Part shown: piece after piece, positions 13,701 through 28,700 of the stretch | How positions within the stretch are numbered: position 1 is the first letter of the stretch | Layout of the letters: the number at the start of each line of letters is the position of its first letter | From: Enoplolaimus lenunculus | Lineage: Eukaryota | DNA length: 64,000 bases | Reading direction: 5' to 3' | Assembly (NCBI GenBank): GCA_030248215.1 | Contig: JASANG010000611.1 | Span: forward strand, 496,001 to 560,000 | Notes under the pieces: generated by a model | Database searches by the model: none | Told to the model about the DNA's origin: nothing | The model's input: only the letters and a program-made list of their open reading frames with translations | Position numbers and translations under genes: made by a program

Positions 13701-16700
13701 ATTTTTGACGCTACCAAACGATACAATTTAGCGCGTTTCGTGCTTGATCCGTATGCGACGTTGTGTAATTCACACAATCCACAGTTGACCCAGTTTGTGA
13801 GATATATTCCGCCGTTTCGAGACAGCCAGAATCCGAGCCGATTAGGGGGTATGATATTCGAGCACGTGGATTTACGGAAAGGCCGCTATACGGTTTTTGA
13901 CGATTTGCATATTTTGCCTGGCGCACGTCTGAATATTGAACCTGGAACAGTGTTCCAATTTGAAGATTCGATTGGAATGCTTGTTCAGGGTAAGTTAAAA
14001 TAACTGAGTGTTATTTGATCCATGTTATTAGCATACTTCAAGATTACTGCTCATACTAATTTCGCAGCAGTTTTGAAGCTTGCAGCGAATGCGACAGGCA
14101 CGCGGAACTGGGATGTCTAGTGTGTCCATCGACGTCCCTAAACTGCATCTCTTTTTACTCTTGGTTATCAACAAAATATAACAAGCCATAACTAAATTTT
14201 TGACGGCCGCTCTGTTGTAGGTTACCTTCTACTCTCTGTTGACACCCCTATACAAAATTCGTTCCAGCGGTCTTGGTATCTGATGTTAGCTATCTTGTTT
14301 GTGTTTAGCTTGTTTAGAATTTGTTACACTAAAATCGATCGAAAAAAACACCCGCCAACCCCCCCCCCAATCAAAGAGTATAGCGATTATTGCGCGAAAT
14401 ACTTTGTGTTCAAAGGAAAAATTTTGCGATAAATTCTAAACCAAACAAATCTAATCAATGGCGGATCCATGGGGGGGGCTACCCCGGCCGTGCCCCCCCA
14501 ACAGCATCTCGATAAAAATTATATAGACTGCTAATTGCTGTTCTACGCTGTTTATTTCTCTGTTTTATACAGAATAGTATAAGCAGCTGCCTTTAAATTT
14601 GTGCCTGTTTGAAACCAAATCCGAACTATTGTTTCCACCCTGTTGTTTAGATCTAAATTGCGTTGATGCGTTTTGTGATTCATCGCAATTGCACGAACGT
14701 AAAGAAGCCAATTTGATAGCAATAGTGTTGTCCACTAACGGCAGAGCAGTGTCCGATAGATAATAGTTTTCAAGGAAATAATTTCGCTCAATTGACGCTG
14801 GTAATTTATTACCTGTGAAATTTTGCCCCCCCCCATTTAGAGATCTTGGGTCCGCCACTGAATCTAATCATTTTCAGGCGAGTTACTACGTATGCAAACC
14901 GGTGACAATGTGGAACTGATTACGTTTACAAAGAAAGATTTTAAAAATCCTCCAGTGCCTAATATGAGACTTATTAATGATGACGGCATTGAGAGCCCAT
15001 TAGAAGGACGATTAGAGGTGCTTCTTGACGGCGAATGGGGTAAGCGATAATGTGTTTTGTTCTGTTCGATATTCGAATCGAATGTTTGGTGTCAATTTTG
15101 AATTAATCATGGTAGAAGCCAGTATATCAGAACAATCCCTCGCATCTAAATTCACTTTTAACAAAGTTTCAAACACACAACATTTAAGTAGTAAACTTTT
15201 AATTGATCTTTTGATATTAAAATTAGGTTTGTGTTTTTGATCGCAAACGTTCGCAAGGGTACAAATCATGTATTTGTGTGAAAAATTTCAAATTTTTTTG
15301 ATTTTGAGGACACGTGACATCGACTTTGAGGGCAGCCAGCAAAACGATTTGCACGCCATTTATATAAGCAAACACTTGAACTTTATTTTTGTTGTTTTAG
15401 TTTCATCGCATTTTATATAATCAATATATGGATTGCTAAATCTGTTGCGTTTACTAAAGTTGCAACACTGCGTCCTAGAAAGAGCTGCATTTATTTTTGG
15501 TATTTCAGGTACAATTTGCAACCGCAGCTGGACCGTTCAGCTAGCTTCATTGGCGTGCCGGCAACTCGGTATGATCGCTGATCCCGAATTTCGTGAAAAC
15601 TGGTGGTACACCCCAAAAACCAAAGGTCCGCTACCGATCGTCGGCGATAACTTCCGATGCGAAGAACTTGAAACTGATTTGACTCGGTGTCGACATGATG
15701 GCATCTTAGAAAACGTAGGGCTATCGTGCCCTCAAAATTCAGTCGTGGGCCTTAGATGTGTTCAGCCGCGGTGGGCAGGGATCCGGTATACGCTTTTGGC
15801 GAATCCGCCCTCTGTCACCGATCAAGAGTATGTTCATCATTTGGTCATTGAACGCGCTGGACTGCTAGATTTTGTGAAGCCTACGTTTGCAGCAGCACTT
15901 CAGATCGACTGGAATTATCACACGTTTCGCCAATTAATAGTGAGGGATAACTTTTGGACGGGACTCGACATTGTCTATAACGATTTGGTTAAAAAACCGC
16001 TAATTGCTGATAGCCGTTTTGAACGCAACCGAAGAAACGGAGTTCGCGCAAGATCGTATGGACTGACCATTGAACGAAGTGTAATATCTGACAATCAAAA
16101 TGCCGGTGAGTTATTGGTTGTTTGGCGTTTTTTAAATTATTTACTGGGTTGTAGAGACATTACTTGAGTGGAGTCGATTTTGAACTTAGTCAGTCTACGG
16201 AATTATAACTTGATTTGTCGAATAATTATTGGCATGTACACTGCGCCAATGTTTCACATTTAAACTGTTGCATTAATCATCAGGCGTCAGCGACAAGTCA
16301 CTGCTATTATTATAGTTGAAGCCTATATTTACTGCGTGTTTTCAATGTTAGCTAACGGTCCTTCTAAAATGGTGGTCGGGCAAAAACGTAACGCGCGCTG
16401 GTATATTTTTCACCAAACAATTTTCGCCAAGTTGCATACTCTTATCCATACATACAGTCGTTATTGAGCTTTGGTATTACGCATTTTCCGCGAACACACG
16501 ATCATTGTTTAATGTTTTAAGGTCTACGTTACAATCCGATACTATCGCAACAGCTGCAACGAGACGTGGTCACTTGGTTGCAACGTGACGATCTGACACG
16601 TAATCAAATCATCACGTTGCCCGATCTCGATGGCATCACCACTATTGAATTGTACGATTCAACAGCGAAAGCACGCAAGTTTCTTGTTTCAGCTAATGAT

Positions 16701-19700
16701 CGACCGTGTGGCGTTGACAAGGTAAGTCAATTTACAAGTTTTTGAACATTAATATACCTTTAGGAAGGGCAGGAGCAACAATGACTTTGAAGTGAATGTT
16801 AAGTTCTATAAACAATTGGAGAATGAAGTTCTTAAATTCATTGAAAAAATGTTACAGGGGTGATTTGAGCCTTATATCATATAGCTACGCTGCTGATTTG
16901 AAGACTTCAATGTACAATAAAATCTTAAAAAATTTAAAGTCAAAGAATGGTCACACAGTTTTCAATCGTTAGGGCGCTACACGCGATAAACCAATTTGCG
17001 CTCGTAAATTATCGCCTATACCTAACTATAACCTAACGCCAAGCCAACAGGCGGACACAGCCCACAGAAAACCCCCCGCCCCAACCCCCACCAACCCCCC
17101 CCCCCACCCCCCCCCCCAAGGCCATACGTCCTATACGCATTTAAGAACATGGGTCCTCAAGCCAAAACATAATGATTGGTTCGGTTTTAAACGATTGGAA
17201 AGTTTTAATTTTGAGGTTGCCACACGCAGTGCGCCATGCGTTCAGCGTTTCACTGTGCTCGCAGTTGACGCTCAGTCAAACGCTGCAAACGCACGCATTG
17301 GTGTTCATATCGTTAATCGTCCAAGCGAATATAGCGATGAAACTATGATTATCCGCGATAGTACTGGTTCTGAAAGCGTTGAATGGGACGTCCGCCGGGA
17401 TTTGATTCGATTCCCAATCGTTTCTGTTGGATCTCGGATCGAGATTGAATATCGTCGTAGTTATGGACCTGCGACGTTAATGATGATGCTGTTTTATCAA
17501 GATGGTAAGCAGGGTCGTATATAAAAGCGGATAGGAAGAATATATCCTCTGTCGAAATTTCTGAAAAAACAATAAATGTGGCAGTTTTGCGGTTTTGAAA
17601 ATATTAATCTGCCTGGATAAAACAAATTGTTTTGCCGCAAATTTCAAAACATAGGTCTATTAGCATTTCTAATGTAAGGAAATGTTAGTATCAGTTACGT
17701 TTCCTTTAACATCATTATAATTTAGAATTCAACGTCAAATAGCACAGGTAGGGGGCATTTCTAGAAGAAATCATTACTGTACGACGTTGCGATGATGAAC
17801 AGTGCAGTGGTCCTGAAACTAGCTAACCTGTGGGCTAGGCCATTGCCAATTTAGTGATTGCTTTGGCGAGAAACAGCACAACCTGAGCGATGTCTAATGT
17901 TTGCTGAAAAAGTTTCTACAATATTATCGGTTTTATGACGAAAATTACAAAACTGTACAAGTTAGCATATATTTTATATGCCGCAAAATGCCCTATTTAT
18001 CATAATAATTAATATATAGTGTTAGCTTGTCACCTTCTCTGCATGTTGTGGCAGCTGGCGTGCAGTCGCTGTTTCACAATTTCTTGGTATGGGATAACTT
18101 GTTCTCAGTAAGTTGAAATTCAAGCCTCAGTTTAATAGATATTAACAAAATTTCCTACGCTGTTTCCAGATTTCTTTTTAAGAGTTCAGCAACTAAACGT
18201 GGTTAATTTTCATCATTACTTTAGCAATTTTTAGTAAAAAAATTGTTCGACACTTCCAGTGAAGGTAATAAACAATCCTCATCAACCCCTGGGTGTGCCA
18301 TAGTTGGGCTACTTCCGGGCCTGAAAGTAATGTATTTGTTTGTTTTAGCGTATCAGTACCTCGATCCGTTCATTCATGTTCGATATTCTGTTATTTCAAA
18401 CAACCAATATGCAGTGAGCACAATGCATTATTCGAATTTTACACACGCCGATGGCAGTATTATAAATCGTTATGACCGTGAGCAACTCTGGTTTCAAAAG
18501 GTACGCAAATGTTTTTGAAACACTGGTTCGAATTCTGCATTGAACGTAGATCTCAGATGAAACAGAAAACATTCACGTGGAAAATGATGAGTGTAACATA
18601 AGTTGGCTAAACATTATTAAATCAACTTGTGAGTGAACATATTTACCTTCTTCTCTGTATTGCAGATCAAATTCTTCAATAAATCTGTCAAGCAGTAGTC
18701 TTGAAAAACGGACAAAATATTCATGCGGAAAAGGGTTAATTTAACAACGTATCTTGGCTAAAAATATAATCAACTCATGAGTTAACATATTTACCTTCAC
18801 ATATTTACCTTCCTCTGTGCATTTCAGATCAAATTTACCAAAAACCGACAAGCAGTGGTGCAGCATAGCTGGTAAAATATTCATGTGGAAAAGGGTTAAT
18901 ATAACATAACTTGGGTCAAAATGTAATCAACTCATGAGTTAGCATATTTACCTTCACATATTTACCTTCCTCTGTGCGTTTCAGATCAAATTTACCAAAA
19001 ACCGACAAGCAGTGGTGCAGCATAGCTGGTAAAATATTCATGTGGAAAAGGGTTAATATAACATAACTTGGGTCAAAATGTAATCAACTCATGAGTTAGC
19101 ATATTTACCTACCTCTGTGCATTTCAGATCAAATTTACCAAAAACCGACAAGCAGTGGTCTGGGTCAATGGTCCGCTACGCGACGCCGGCACCGCCAGCC
19201 CACTTGCGTTGATCAGTTACTGGATCGACAACTGTTCAGTGATCGCGAACAACGGTTCGATCATTGAGACCCATCGCGATTTATACCGATCAGCAAACAT
19301 ATTCGCGTGGCGTGTCTGGCGATCAACGTTTGCTCGAAATGAACAAAGCGGGTTTGCAATTGCACTGCCAGAACCCTACACGCAACTTGTTTCCACCAAA
19401 CGGACGCTGACCGGTGCTGGCGACAGAAATGGGGATGTGATATCGCCATGGTTTGTTGGACAGACTGGACGAGACGATGTGCGGCGACGCAGTGAGACGC
19501 AAGCGGACGCCTGGATCCGTCGAGTAGCACAGCGTCCTGTGCATCGGTTTGAATTTTTGGAGAATCGATTAATGCATAATCGTGATTTTGAGTTTCATCT
19601 ATCTGGATATGCGGCGTGGTGTAATGTTAGTGCGAACAATTTTACGCATAATCTGGCAAGGCCTGATCGTGGGTTGGTTAAGTTTTCAGGTACGTAAATC

Positions 19701-22700
19701 GCTAAAGACTTATTATTAAGCTTTTCAACGCAGGAATGCTGCATTGTCTGATTTGAAAATAAAACATCTTCTAAAGTTGTACACTTAACAATCCGTTTTC
19801 CATTAGCGTTGTTTTGATCACTATCATTTTGGTTATTTACACTATCAGTTTCTATCCAGAGTTTAAAGTATACTTTATAGGTACTGAAAAACAGCTGATC
19901 ATGGAACGCAATCGTTGGTATCTTAATCGCGGTCAGTGGATGCTACTTTGGGACATTCAATCTCAATTGTTGCGTGGTTCGGCAGATGAACCCGAAATTT
20001 TACCAGCGTCAATTGAGCGAAATTATTTCCTTGAAAACTATTATCTATCGGACACTGCTCTGCCGTTGGTGGACAACTACCCTCGAAGTTTTACTGTTGG
20101 AATTCGGGGTGTTCAAAAATTAAACATTTCGTTGAACAATTTTCGAAATGAGCTCATCGATTTTGAACTTGTCGCCGGACTGAGGGGAACGACAATTTAC
20201 GATTCGCTAAATGTTACCCTTAACTATTGGGGTGTCGCAAACGGGCCCGAAATTTCGAATCGAATATTTGATTTTGATGATTGGAATATTTACGCGATCG
20301 CAAACTATAATCCGTACATGATGACAGAAGAATTTGTTCATCAATGGACATGGGAAATCAGTATGGCCCAATTAGACTCGTACGTCGAACAAGCGGCCAA
20401 TGTTTTCGATCTCAAAGGTCGCCTGACACAATCGCTAACGCTGAAACGGCAACGGCAAAAATGGACAAACCCGCCGTATGATTATAAACCAGATAGGCCA
20501 TACAGGATTCGCAAAGACCTCACCGTTATGCCAGGGGCAACGCTGACGATTGAAAAAGGTGCTGAACTGCATTTGTACCCGGGCGTCCGAATTTTGGTTC
20601 TGGGAACGCTTATAGCTGAAGGCACCACACTAGAACCGATCCGATTTTTGCCAGTCAATAGCTCTGAGCTTGAACAACAACGTATTGATTATTTGCGGCT
20701 TATGGATTGGCCCATTGGATCGACCAGGTCAACCAATGGCGATGGAGCTCATACGATTATACCAATAACTACTGCGGATTATTACGGAAGACCTAATCGT
20801 GGACGACTTGTGAAACCGGTACTCCAAGTTCGAAACCACCGAAGCCGGAGAGCAACAGATTCTGTTTATCAACAATTTCCGCTACTCAACCGTCTGGATA
20901 CGTTCTATCAGAAGTTTCCGGTATACCTGGTGCCTGGGGATTCCATTCCTAGCAGCCCTCAGCAGCTTAAGCCCATCCGTTCTGGATTCTTGGAAATCTA
21001 TAATCGAACAACTGGTGAAATGGTACCGATATGCGACCGACAGTTCACGCGACGTAACGCACAGGTTGTTTGCCGTCAGCTTGGGTTCGGATCCCCCACA
21101 GGGAACGTTTATGTATGGGTTGCGCCGCGATGGGATTTCAATCCACGCCTTCGAATCATTCGGGCGTACTCAGAACCGCGACAATGTTTTGGCGATGAAC
21201 TACGACTGGATGAATGTGACTTACGACTCAACGGTGATCGTGATTTGTGGTATTGTTCCGATACAGAACACTTTGTTTACATTCATTGTGGTATTGCGTC
21301 GACGTTGAACGCAACCCGATATCCGTATCATTGGGGTGGAATTACGCTCAGCGACGCAAGTCTTGAACCGAAACCTTTGTCTGCCGGCAATGGCGATGAT
21401 CTCAGTAGGCATGTGGGGGCAGGCGCGGTAGCACAGCGACAAATCTGGGACTCGTACCCCCGGGTCAAAGCGACTTCTGCCTACCATACTGAGCAATCTC
21501 GGCTATCTCATGTTGAAATTGTTGGCGCTGGCGCGCCGCATAACGCAACTGATGGATCTGCGCTTGAACTAATATTTCAAACGCCGAGTTTAACTGCAGT
21601 AAACATTACAAATAGTTCGATGCATGGTGTATCAGTAATTGCACCTCGCGGACAAGTCAGCCTCGACCGAATTAATGTGACACATAATTTAGGCATCGGC
21701 GCAAATATTGTAACCCTAAATTTGAGAGCGGACTCCGCCCGTAATTCGGAACCTCTGCGGATTGTCAATTTACCCTATCGTGCATACGGGCTGGTGGATA
21801 TGTGCTCAGTGGCGCAAACGGTAACAGTGACAAAGCGTGTATTGTTATACTACAAATATGACAGTTATCCAGTGAACTGTGTTAAGTTGTTTCGAAGTGT
21901 TGGCAACTTGCAACATTTAGCAGTTCGGTTCTTGCAGTTGCATTTGTACAATTCACACGATGATATTGGACGCCCGGATACGCTAACGTTTTTCAATTCA
22001 ACGCTTTTTACTGAAAACAATCAAATTGGTGAGTCAGGGTTTGAGGATTTTTTTAAACATGCTGACTCAAATTATTGTTGAAAATTTACTCTTAGAAGTT
22101 GTTACGTTCAATAGCAATATGCGCAGTAATACTTCAGGTGGTGTGTTCGCCGTGGAACTATACAAGGGGAAGGGTAGATGGTGTATTCCAAATGCCAAAT
22201 GTTTTGGTCTACCAACCTTTATGATAACTGTAGAGGTCAAAAATTTTCGTCGCCACCCCTCTAGTTTTTACTATATACTTTTGTATTTTCTTAGTGTCAC
22301 CTAACTTTAGCTTTAGCTGCGTAGCTTCGAATTTTACATATCGCCCTTTGGTCATCTTCTTGGAATAGTCAAACGTTTTGAAAACACTTACTTTGAACGC
22401 AAGCCAACGGGTTGAATTAAATGAAATAACAGTCCGTAACCGAATAACACAGAGTACCTTCTGCAGAGTCTATTCAGATCACTACAGTAGGTGTTTTTGC
22501 AAAACTGCTCGCCCTTCCGAACAGTGTCGAGCCACGAGCGGATACGTTGATAAGTGCGAAACAAAATAATTCATTTCAGCTCAATTGCGTTACAATAGTC
22601 GTCTGATGGCAGAGAATATTAACAGCCATCGCCCTGTGCTCGGGATGTACCTGCGTGCGAACGCTGCCGACGGGACTTACGGATTTATTGCGGAGGTTGT

Positions 22701-25700
22701 TACGTTGCCTGCAGCACCTGAATTAGGTATCAGATTGATTTGACTGTTTGGTTTAAACGCACTTATTGCAATGACACACGGCAAACTTTGATATAGATTA
22801 AAAGGGAAATTTACAAACTTAGACTCACCTTATAGATGTTGGTCACTGCTAGCAAATTGCACCACGATATTAGTAGGCTTCGGTTGCTAGATCGCATACA
22901 GCATATAAATTAGGATCTAGATAGTTTAGACTTTTTGATTCTTGAACTGAATCCTAGGTGTATGAACTATGCCTACGTATTGTATTCGGGGACAACTCGG
23001 GAAAACGGTCGAAATGGGTCAAATTCAGACGTGTAAGCACATTTGTTTCACGTAAGTAAACCCACGGTAACTGCCAACCTACCCGAATATTGTGTAAATT
23101 TTTATAATGGTATTAGTATTTGTTTTTAGGCTCACCAGAACACGTAGCTCTCAGCGAATCACGATTGGAACACAATCATCGCGGAGCGTTCCGGTACTCA
23201 AGCATGGGCGAACGAAACCAAGACATCGACATTTCAAGCTGTTACTTCGGATCGAACGGCTATCACGTTTGGGGCAATTTCACAACGTCACCGTATGCGC
23301 TCGGGTTGAATTTACACAATACTCTGTCGTTGAAATTTGAAGGCAATCAACTATGGCGAAATACAGGAGGGCTTCACTTAAGCGCAAGCAGCAGTACGGC
23401 AGTTGCAAGATTAGAAGGAGTTATTCGAAATTGTGGGTTTAGCCAAAATAGCTATGGCAGCACGTTGAGGTTACTGGGCAAAGATTTTCAGAAAATTCAA
23501 CTCATAAATAATTATTTTGGCCGGAACTATGTTCCGTACGACGACGTTGTATATGTAGACCGGATGCTTACTAATTTTTCTCATAATACTTTCTATAACA
23601 ATACCGGGACACATATAGTTGATTTAACCGGATATCCACGGGTGCAAACGGAATTCCAATTGTTTTATCGTAATATGCTCTACGATAATGTTGCACACGG
23701 ACATGGCTATCGGTTTAACTTGTCGTATGGTTACTTTGCTCGCGTTGCACCAGAGCCGGATGTGGACTTCTACGACGGCGGTATCTTTAAACGAAGCGCT
23801 TCGAATAGATTTAGAAGCAGTGCTAGCAGTTATCTGAGGGACCACAGCTCACAATCGGGTCGACTTTCAAAGCGGAAGGCTGATAGAAACCGGAGACAAG
23901 TTGAGCTAATTCCAATAGCGGACACAAGTTTCCAACTGGCTCACGATGAAGTGGTTAATGATTATAAGCGAACCAGTTTTGAATGGTTTGCGCATGTCGG
24001 CTCTGATACTGAACGATATCGGAGTACCATTCTTGCGGGTAATAGTCAACAACGCTATGCTGAAAATTATTTCGTTAATCCGGCGAATACGTTCGAACTG
24101 ACAACTGTGAATAAAACAAAGTAAATAAAATTTCTCAGAGTTGTATTCTCCAGTGATTTGGTTGTACTGTTGTCTAAAGTTAATGTTGACAAGATCGTAA
24201 CTTCAGGAAGCAAAAAAATAACTTCAATTTCGTTGCCAGGCAAGGGCGGATGGCGGATCCAGGAGGGATGGGGGGATGCATACCCTCACTGGCTGCTGAG
24301 TGTAAATGTTTTTCAGGGTGAAAACCAACGTAAGCTATTATAGCACTTATGGTGATTGTTTAAAATACGGGAAAAAGAACATAAAACATCTTGTTCTTAG
24401 CAACAATCAAGATATCATAGGCTAGAAATTTATTCAAAATCCGCATTAATGGCTGCATCTTTTCTACCTTGAGGTTTTTCTCGCCTACGAATGAGTTTAT
24501 GTATGACTTGTGGCTGTTTTTATATGCGTAAAAATATGTATGAACATGTGCCAAAACTTAACATTTTTCACCTTTGCATCCCACCACCAGGAATTTTTGG
24601 ATCCGCCACTATTCCCAGGTTATAGGTGTAATTACTTTAGGGCCTATTCTTCCGCCTGCACAAATTACATTAAAATTTCTTTCAAAATTTTAGGCTATGA
24701 TCACTGTTTAGAACTGCTTCAGACAGGATGTAAGCATTTTTGAAAATAAAAATCTAAAAAACTATTGCACTTGAAGCAAAATAAATCAGATAACTTCATT
24801 TTGTTTCATAGTTGTCGCGTACTTCTTAGAAATGTTTAATTATTACAGTTGCGAAGAACTGTAACTTAATATACTAATTTAGTGAATTTTAAATTCGAAA
24901 AATGTTTTAAACTTTGTGGTCGATCATTTACAGGTTAGAAAATGCAAGATTTTTGAAACTTATCATTATTCCGTAGCTGGAAACATATAGTACCAATCAC
25001 CAACTGATAATAGATGTGATAATCATTTGAGAAAAAATGTATTATTGCAAATTGTGAACGATCCTTGTGCTATTGTTTTCCTTCTAGTGACCAAGCGTAC
25101 AATGGACCAGTGGATGCGCGAAGCAATTACTGGGGCTATCCAGGAACTCTAAGCGTTGCGGCTGGTCGCATCCGAGATCGAGAAGATTATTCGTATTTGA
25201 TTCCGGTTGACTATTCACCGGTATTGGAATCAAATACGTCACTTCTTGAAGGTAGAGTAGTATAGTATTGATCATGGCCGTTTTATAATATGAAGCTCTT
25301 GCAGACCTACATCTATACGGTTAATATTTGAAACATTGGATATTGTATTTTACTTTTTGTCCAACTTGCCTTTCAATAGTTAATGTAGAATGGATAGTTT
25401 AACTTAAGTCGTGGTAGTTAATACCTTACGCTAGCTTTACGTCAAATTTTGTTATATATAGTGCAATATAAATCTAAAACACCAGGGCTTTGCTTGCTTT
25501 AAAATAAAAAACCATACATCACCGGTATATGAACCGATGGGCACTGAAAATGTGACTTCAATATTTACTAATTATTTCAGGAAGTTGTCCGCCTGGTTGG
25601 TTTCACGCAGGTCGAGATGATCCAAACCGTGTCAGATCGTGTTTTCTGTTTATCGGCGGGGCATTGCCTTATGCTCAAGCTGAAATATTTTGCCAGGTAA

Positions 25701-28700
25701 GTGATTGTGTTTTAAGCATATTATGAACATCGCAATGGTTTTGAAATAAAGTTTTCGGTAACAAATATTTTCGCTGAGAAAAATTTATCTGATTTAAACA
25801 CGTACAATATATTTACAAATGGATTAAGCCACACCCACGCCAAAATTCTGACTAAGCTCATGTATCGCAGTCGACAGATTAAAACGTTTAATTTGTTTAG
25901 TTTGACAATATCGCATCTAACGCTTGTTTGTTCCTTGCTTTTCTTCAAATGGAGCAAATCCAAAGAAATTCAGTTTTTGAAGACAACTGTCACTGATGTG
26001 GTCAGGTTAAAATTGTATTCACAAATTTGGGATTTCTTAACTCGGTATCTCAGTTCTCTTGAAAATGGCTAATTTTTCAACACATTCGAAGTTGTTACGA
26101 TTAAAGTAAATGTCAATGATGTTTCAGGACAACGGCGGTTTCATGCCATACTTACAAAATTCAGATCCTCGAATGCCCGCTCTGTTGGAAAAGTTACGCG
26201 TGATCAACGAACAATTTTATTCAGAATGGTCGGCTGATGACAATTGGATACTGCCAACGAATCAGGTATATGTATAATACTGAACGACGAAGCGGTTCTG
26301 TAATTGTAGCAGTTCGTTAGTTTGAAAACCTATAACTAACTGGTGATAGGCGAGAGATGTATTTGTTACTATGGGCCCTATTGTCTTGTATTGGCAAATC
26401 TATAACAGTTTTGAGCTCGGACTAATATTAAACGTTAAGCAACCGAGTTTGGTTGGTCTTAATTTCCCTTTGCTATTTTTATTACATCAGATGCCCGTAC
26501 CCATCAAGAAGCGTCACAAAAAATTCCAACGGTAACTGTAGCTGCAACGAAACAAATTAGCTGAAAGCGTAGCTATGTTTTTGCATTCATCACAGTATAT
26601 TTCAATCCAATTGCAGAGAAAGGCTTTCAGTGATTTTTTTCGGTACAGCCCTCAAATGACTCCCATGTGGGCACACTTACGCGCTTGTACCAATAGGTGG
26701 GCTGGGGGTTAACTTTTGAACGTCCAAAAAAATTTTAGCCTCACTTCTAAGTTTTGTGAAATCAACTGCATGCCGCTGAAATTGTGTGGCTCCCATAGCA
26801 TGTTGAGCTGACTACAGACGCATCCGTGGCAAGCATAGTTACCAAAGGTTGTGCATTATAGCCTCAACGTGAACTATTTATTTGGATCGATGGAGTGATG
26901 ATTGCGCCACAACAATGTGGATATCTTGCGTCGGAATCTGGTGTCATTGGATACTACAACTGTGGACTCATGTTGCCGTTTGTGTGCGAAAAAGGTTCGC
27001 CAAGTCATATTTGATAGCAAACACAAACCTTGAATAACCTTGTGGTCAGAATAAATTTTTCAGGCTTGATCGATGTGGATTAGTTCCTGCAAAAGTTCGC
27101 ATAATTAATTGTTGTCGCATTTGTTTCTAAGTAGGGAAACTTGACAGTTTTTGATCAATAATAAGGTTTAAGCTCATTCGCACTTCATTTACTTGTGACA
27201 TATTTATGTCTCAGTAATAGGTGCGCAAACAAGCGAATTTTGCAATTTGTACAGCTGAAAACGGACACAATTGCAGAGAAAGCTTAATCTAAAAAATGCA
27301 TAAATGCTTAAGCCAATCATCGTTGGCTTCAAAAGTAACACGCCTAATTAACAACTAGTGAGAGCCTGCTACATACCATTTATAATGCTAGTAATAATTG
27401 CTAAGTGTTGACTGAAAGTTTTCACATTATAAGCGACAAATGAAAATATACTTTATTTTCGCTATGGTATTTCTAAATAGCACCAAAGCCTGAGGACAGT
27501 AAAAAATTTTGTTTTGGGCTCAAATTGTGTATTAGATTCGAACTGTTAGTTAAACAGCGTTCAAATTTCACAATCTAACGTTTAATATGAGATGGTATTT
27601 CGGCCACTGACTGAAATCGTAGCATTTTTGTAGGTCATGGTGTTGCAACGCATTGGTACATTCTAAGCCCGGCAGGAATTGTCGCGATAGTTCTGGTAGT
27701 TTTGCTGCTCATTATCATGCTGGTACTTGTTGTATTTTGGACCGCAAAATCGCGCGCTCGCAAAAGGCAATATTTTGAGCGAAAAAATTCTCTTCGTGAC
27801 TCACTTCGATCAATTAAAGCCGTCCAAGAAAAAGCTGCTCGTGAGCAAGAGTTAGCTAAACTCGGCCCGACCGACTTATCTTACCCGCCATCGCAGCTTC
27901 CACACACCAATGGATACTTGAACAAGCATCTAGCTTATGACCCGCGCGCGCCAACTGACGATAGCTATATGCCACAGTTGGCGCCAAATATAGGCAGCTA
28001 TGTCGCCACAAACGGTGAACTACACCGCGACGCAAATCAAAAGCCGAGTACGGATTTAATTTCAACCGCTCACGCACGAATGATTTTAGGCGATGCGTTT
28101 CGGGTACGGAATGATCAAACATCAAATTGTCATCGTAATGGATATTATTCTACTACGAGCGAAACTGCAACTTATGCCAACGGTTCGTTTGTTGATGATT
28201 CTAAACAATCCTATTCAAGTAACCGGACCCCATCAGATTCATACGGTACACCATCCTCTGACTACTATAATGATCCTGACTCTACGACGTATACAACGGA
28301 CCGTGCTACTAAATTATCAACTAATCTTAAACAGCCTGATCGTCAAAAGTCAGCTGCTAAAATTTATCGTAAGTCTAAGACTGAGCCTAAGCCGAACTCG
28401 TTGTCCCATAGTTATACAGAATCAGCGTATCGTAGTGATTATTCGTCTCCGACTGAAGAAATCCTTGATAGCGATAGTAATTCTGGCGGTGCCACATCGA
28501 TAATAACATATGCAGCGTCAGGGCCGCCTGCAAAGCAAAGTGCTAAGCTTCAATCAGTTCCTCCACCGAGAGTTCCTGAATTTGGATTTTCTGGCGACAA
28601 AGCAACAACTAATTTACCAACGGCTACTTCATCAGGATTTTTGTCCGGAAAACAGTTAGAGCTTAGCAATGACCCAAGCGCAGTCAGCGCTACCGATGGG

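Noticed and set aside
14565..14858. Minus-strand 97-aa ORF sharing LPASIERNYFLENYYLSDTALPLVDN with exon 17
   Set aside because: Lies wholly inside a MITE; the match is a captured DNA fragment, not a paralogous gene.
17050..17120. Poly-C tract (G-quadruplex potential on the minus strand)
   Set aside because: Low complexity and possibly poorly polished; nothing supports a function.
18570..19158. Regular repeats resembling a CRISPR array
   Set aside because: Whole units repeat without unique spacers, the context is a eukaryotic intron, and there are no cas genes.
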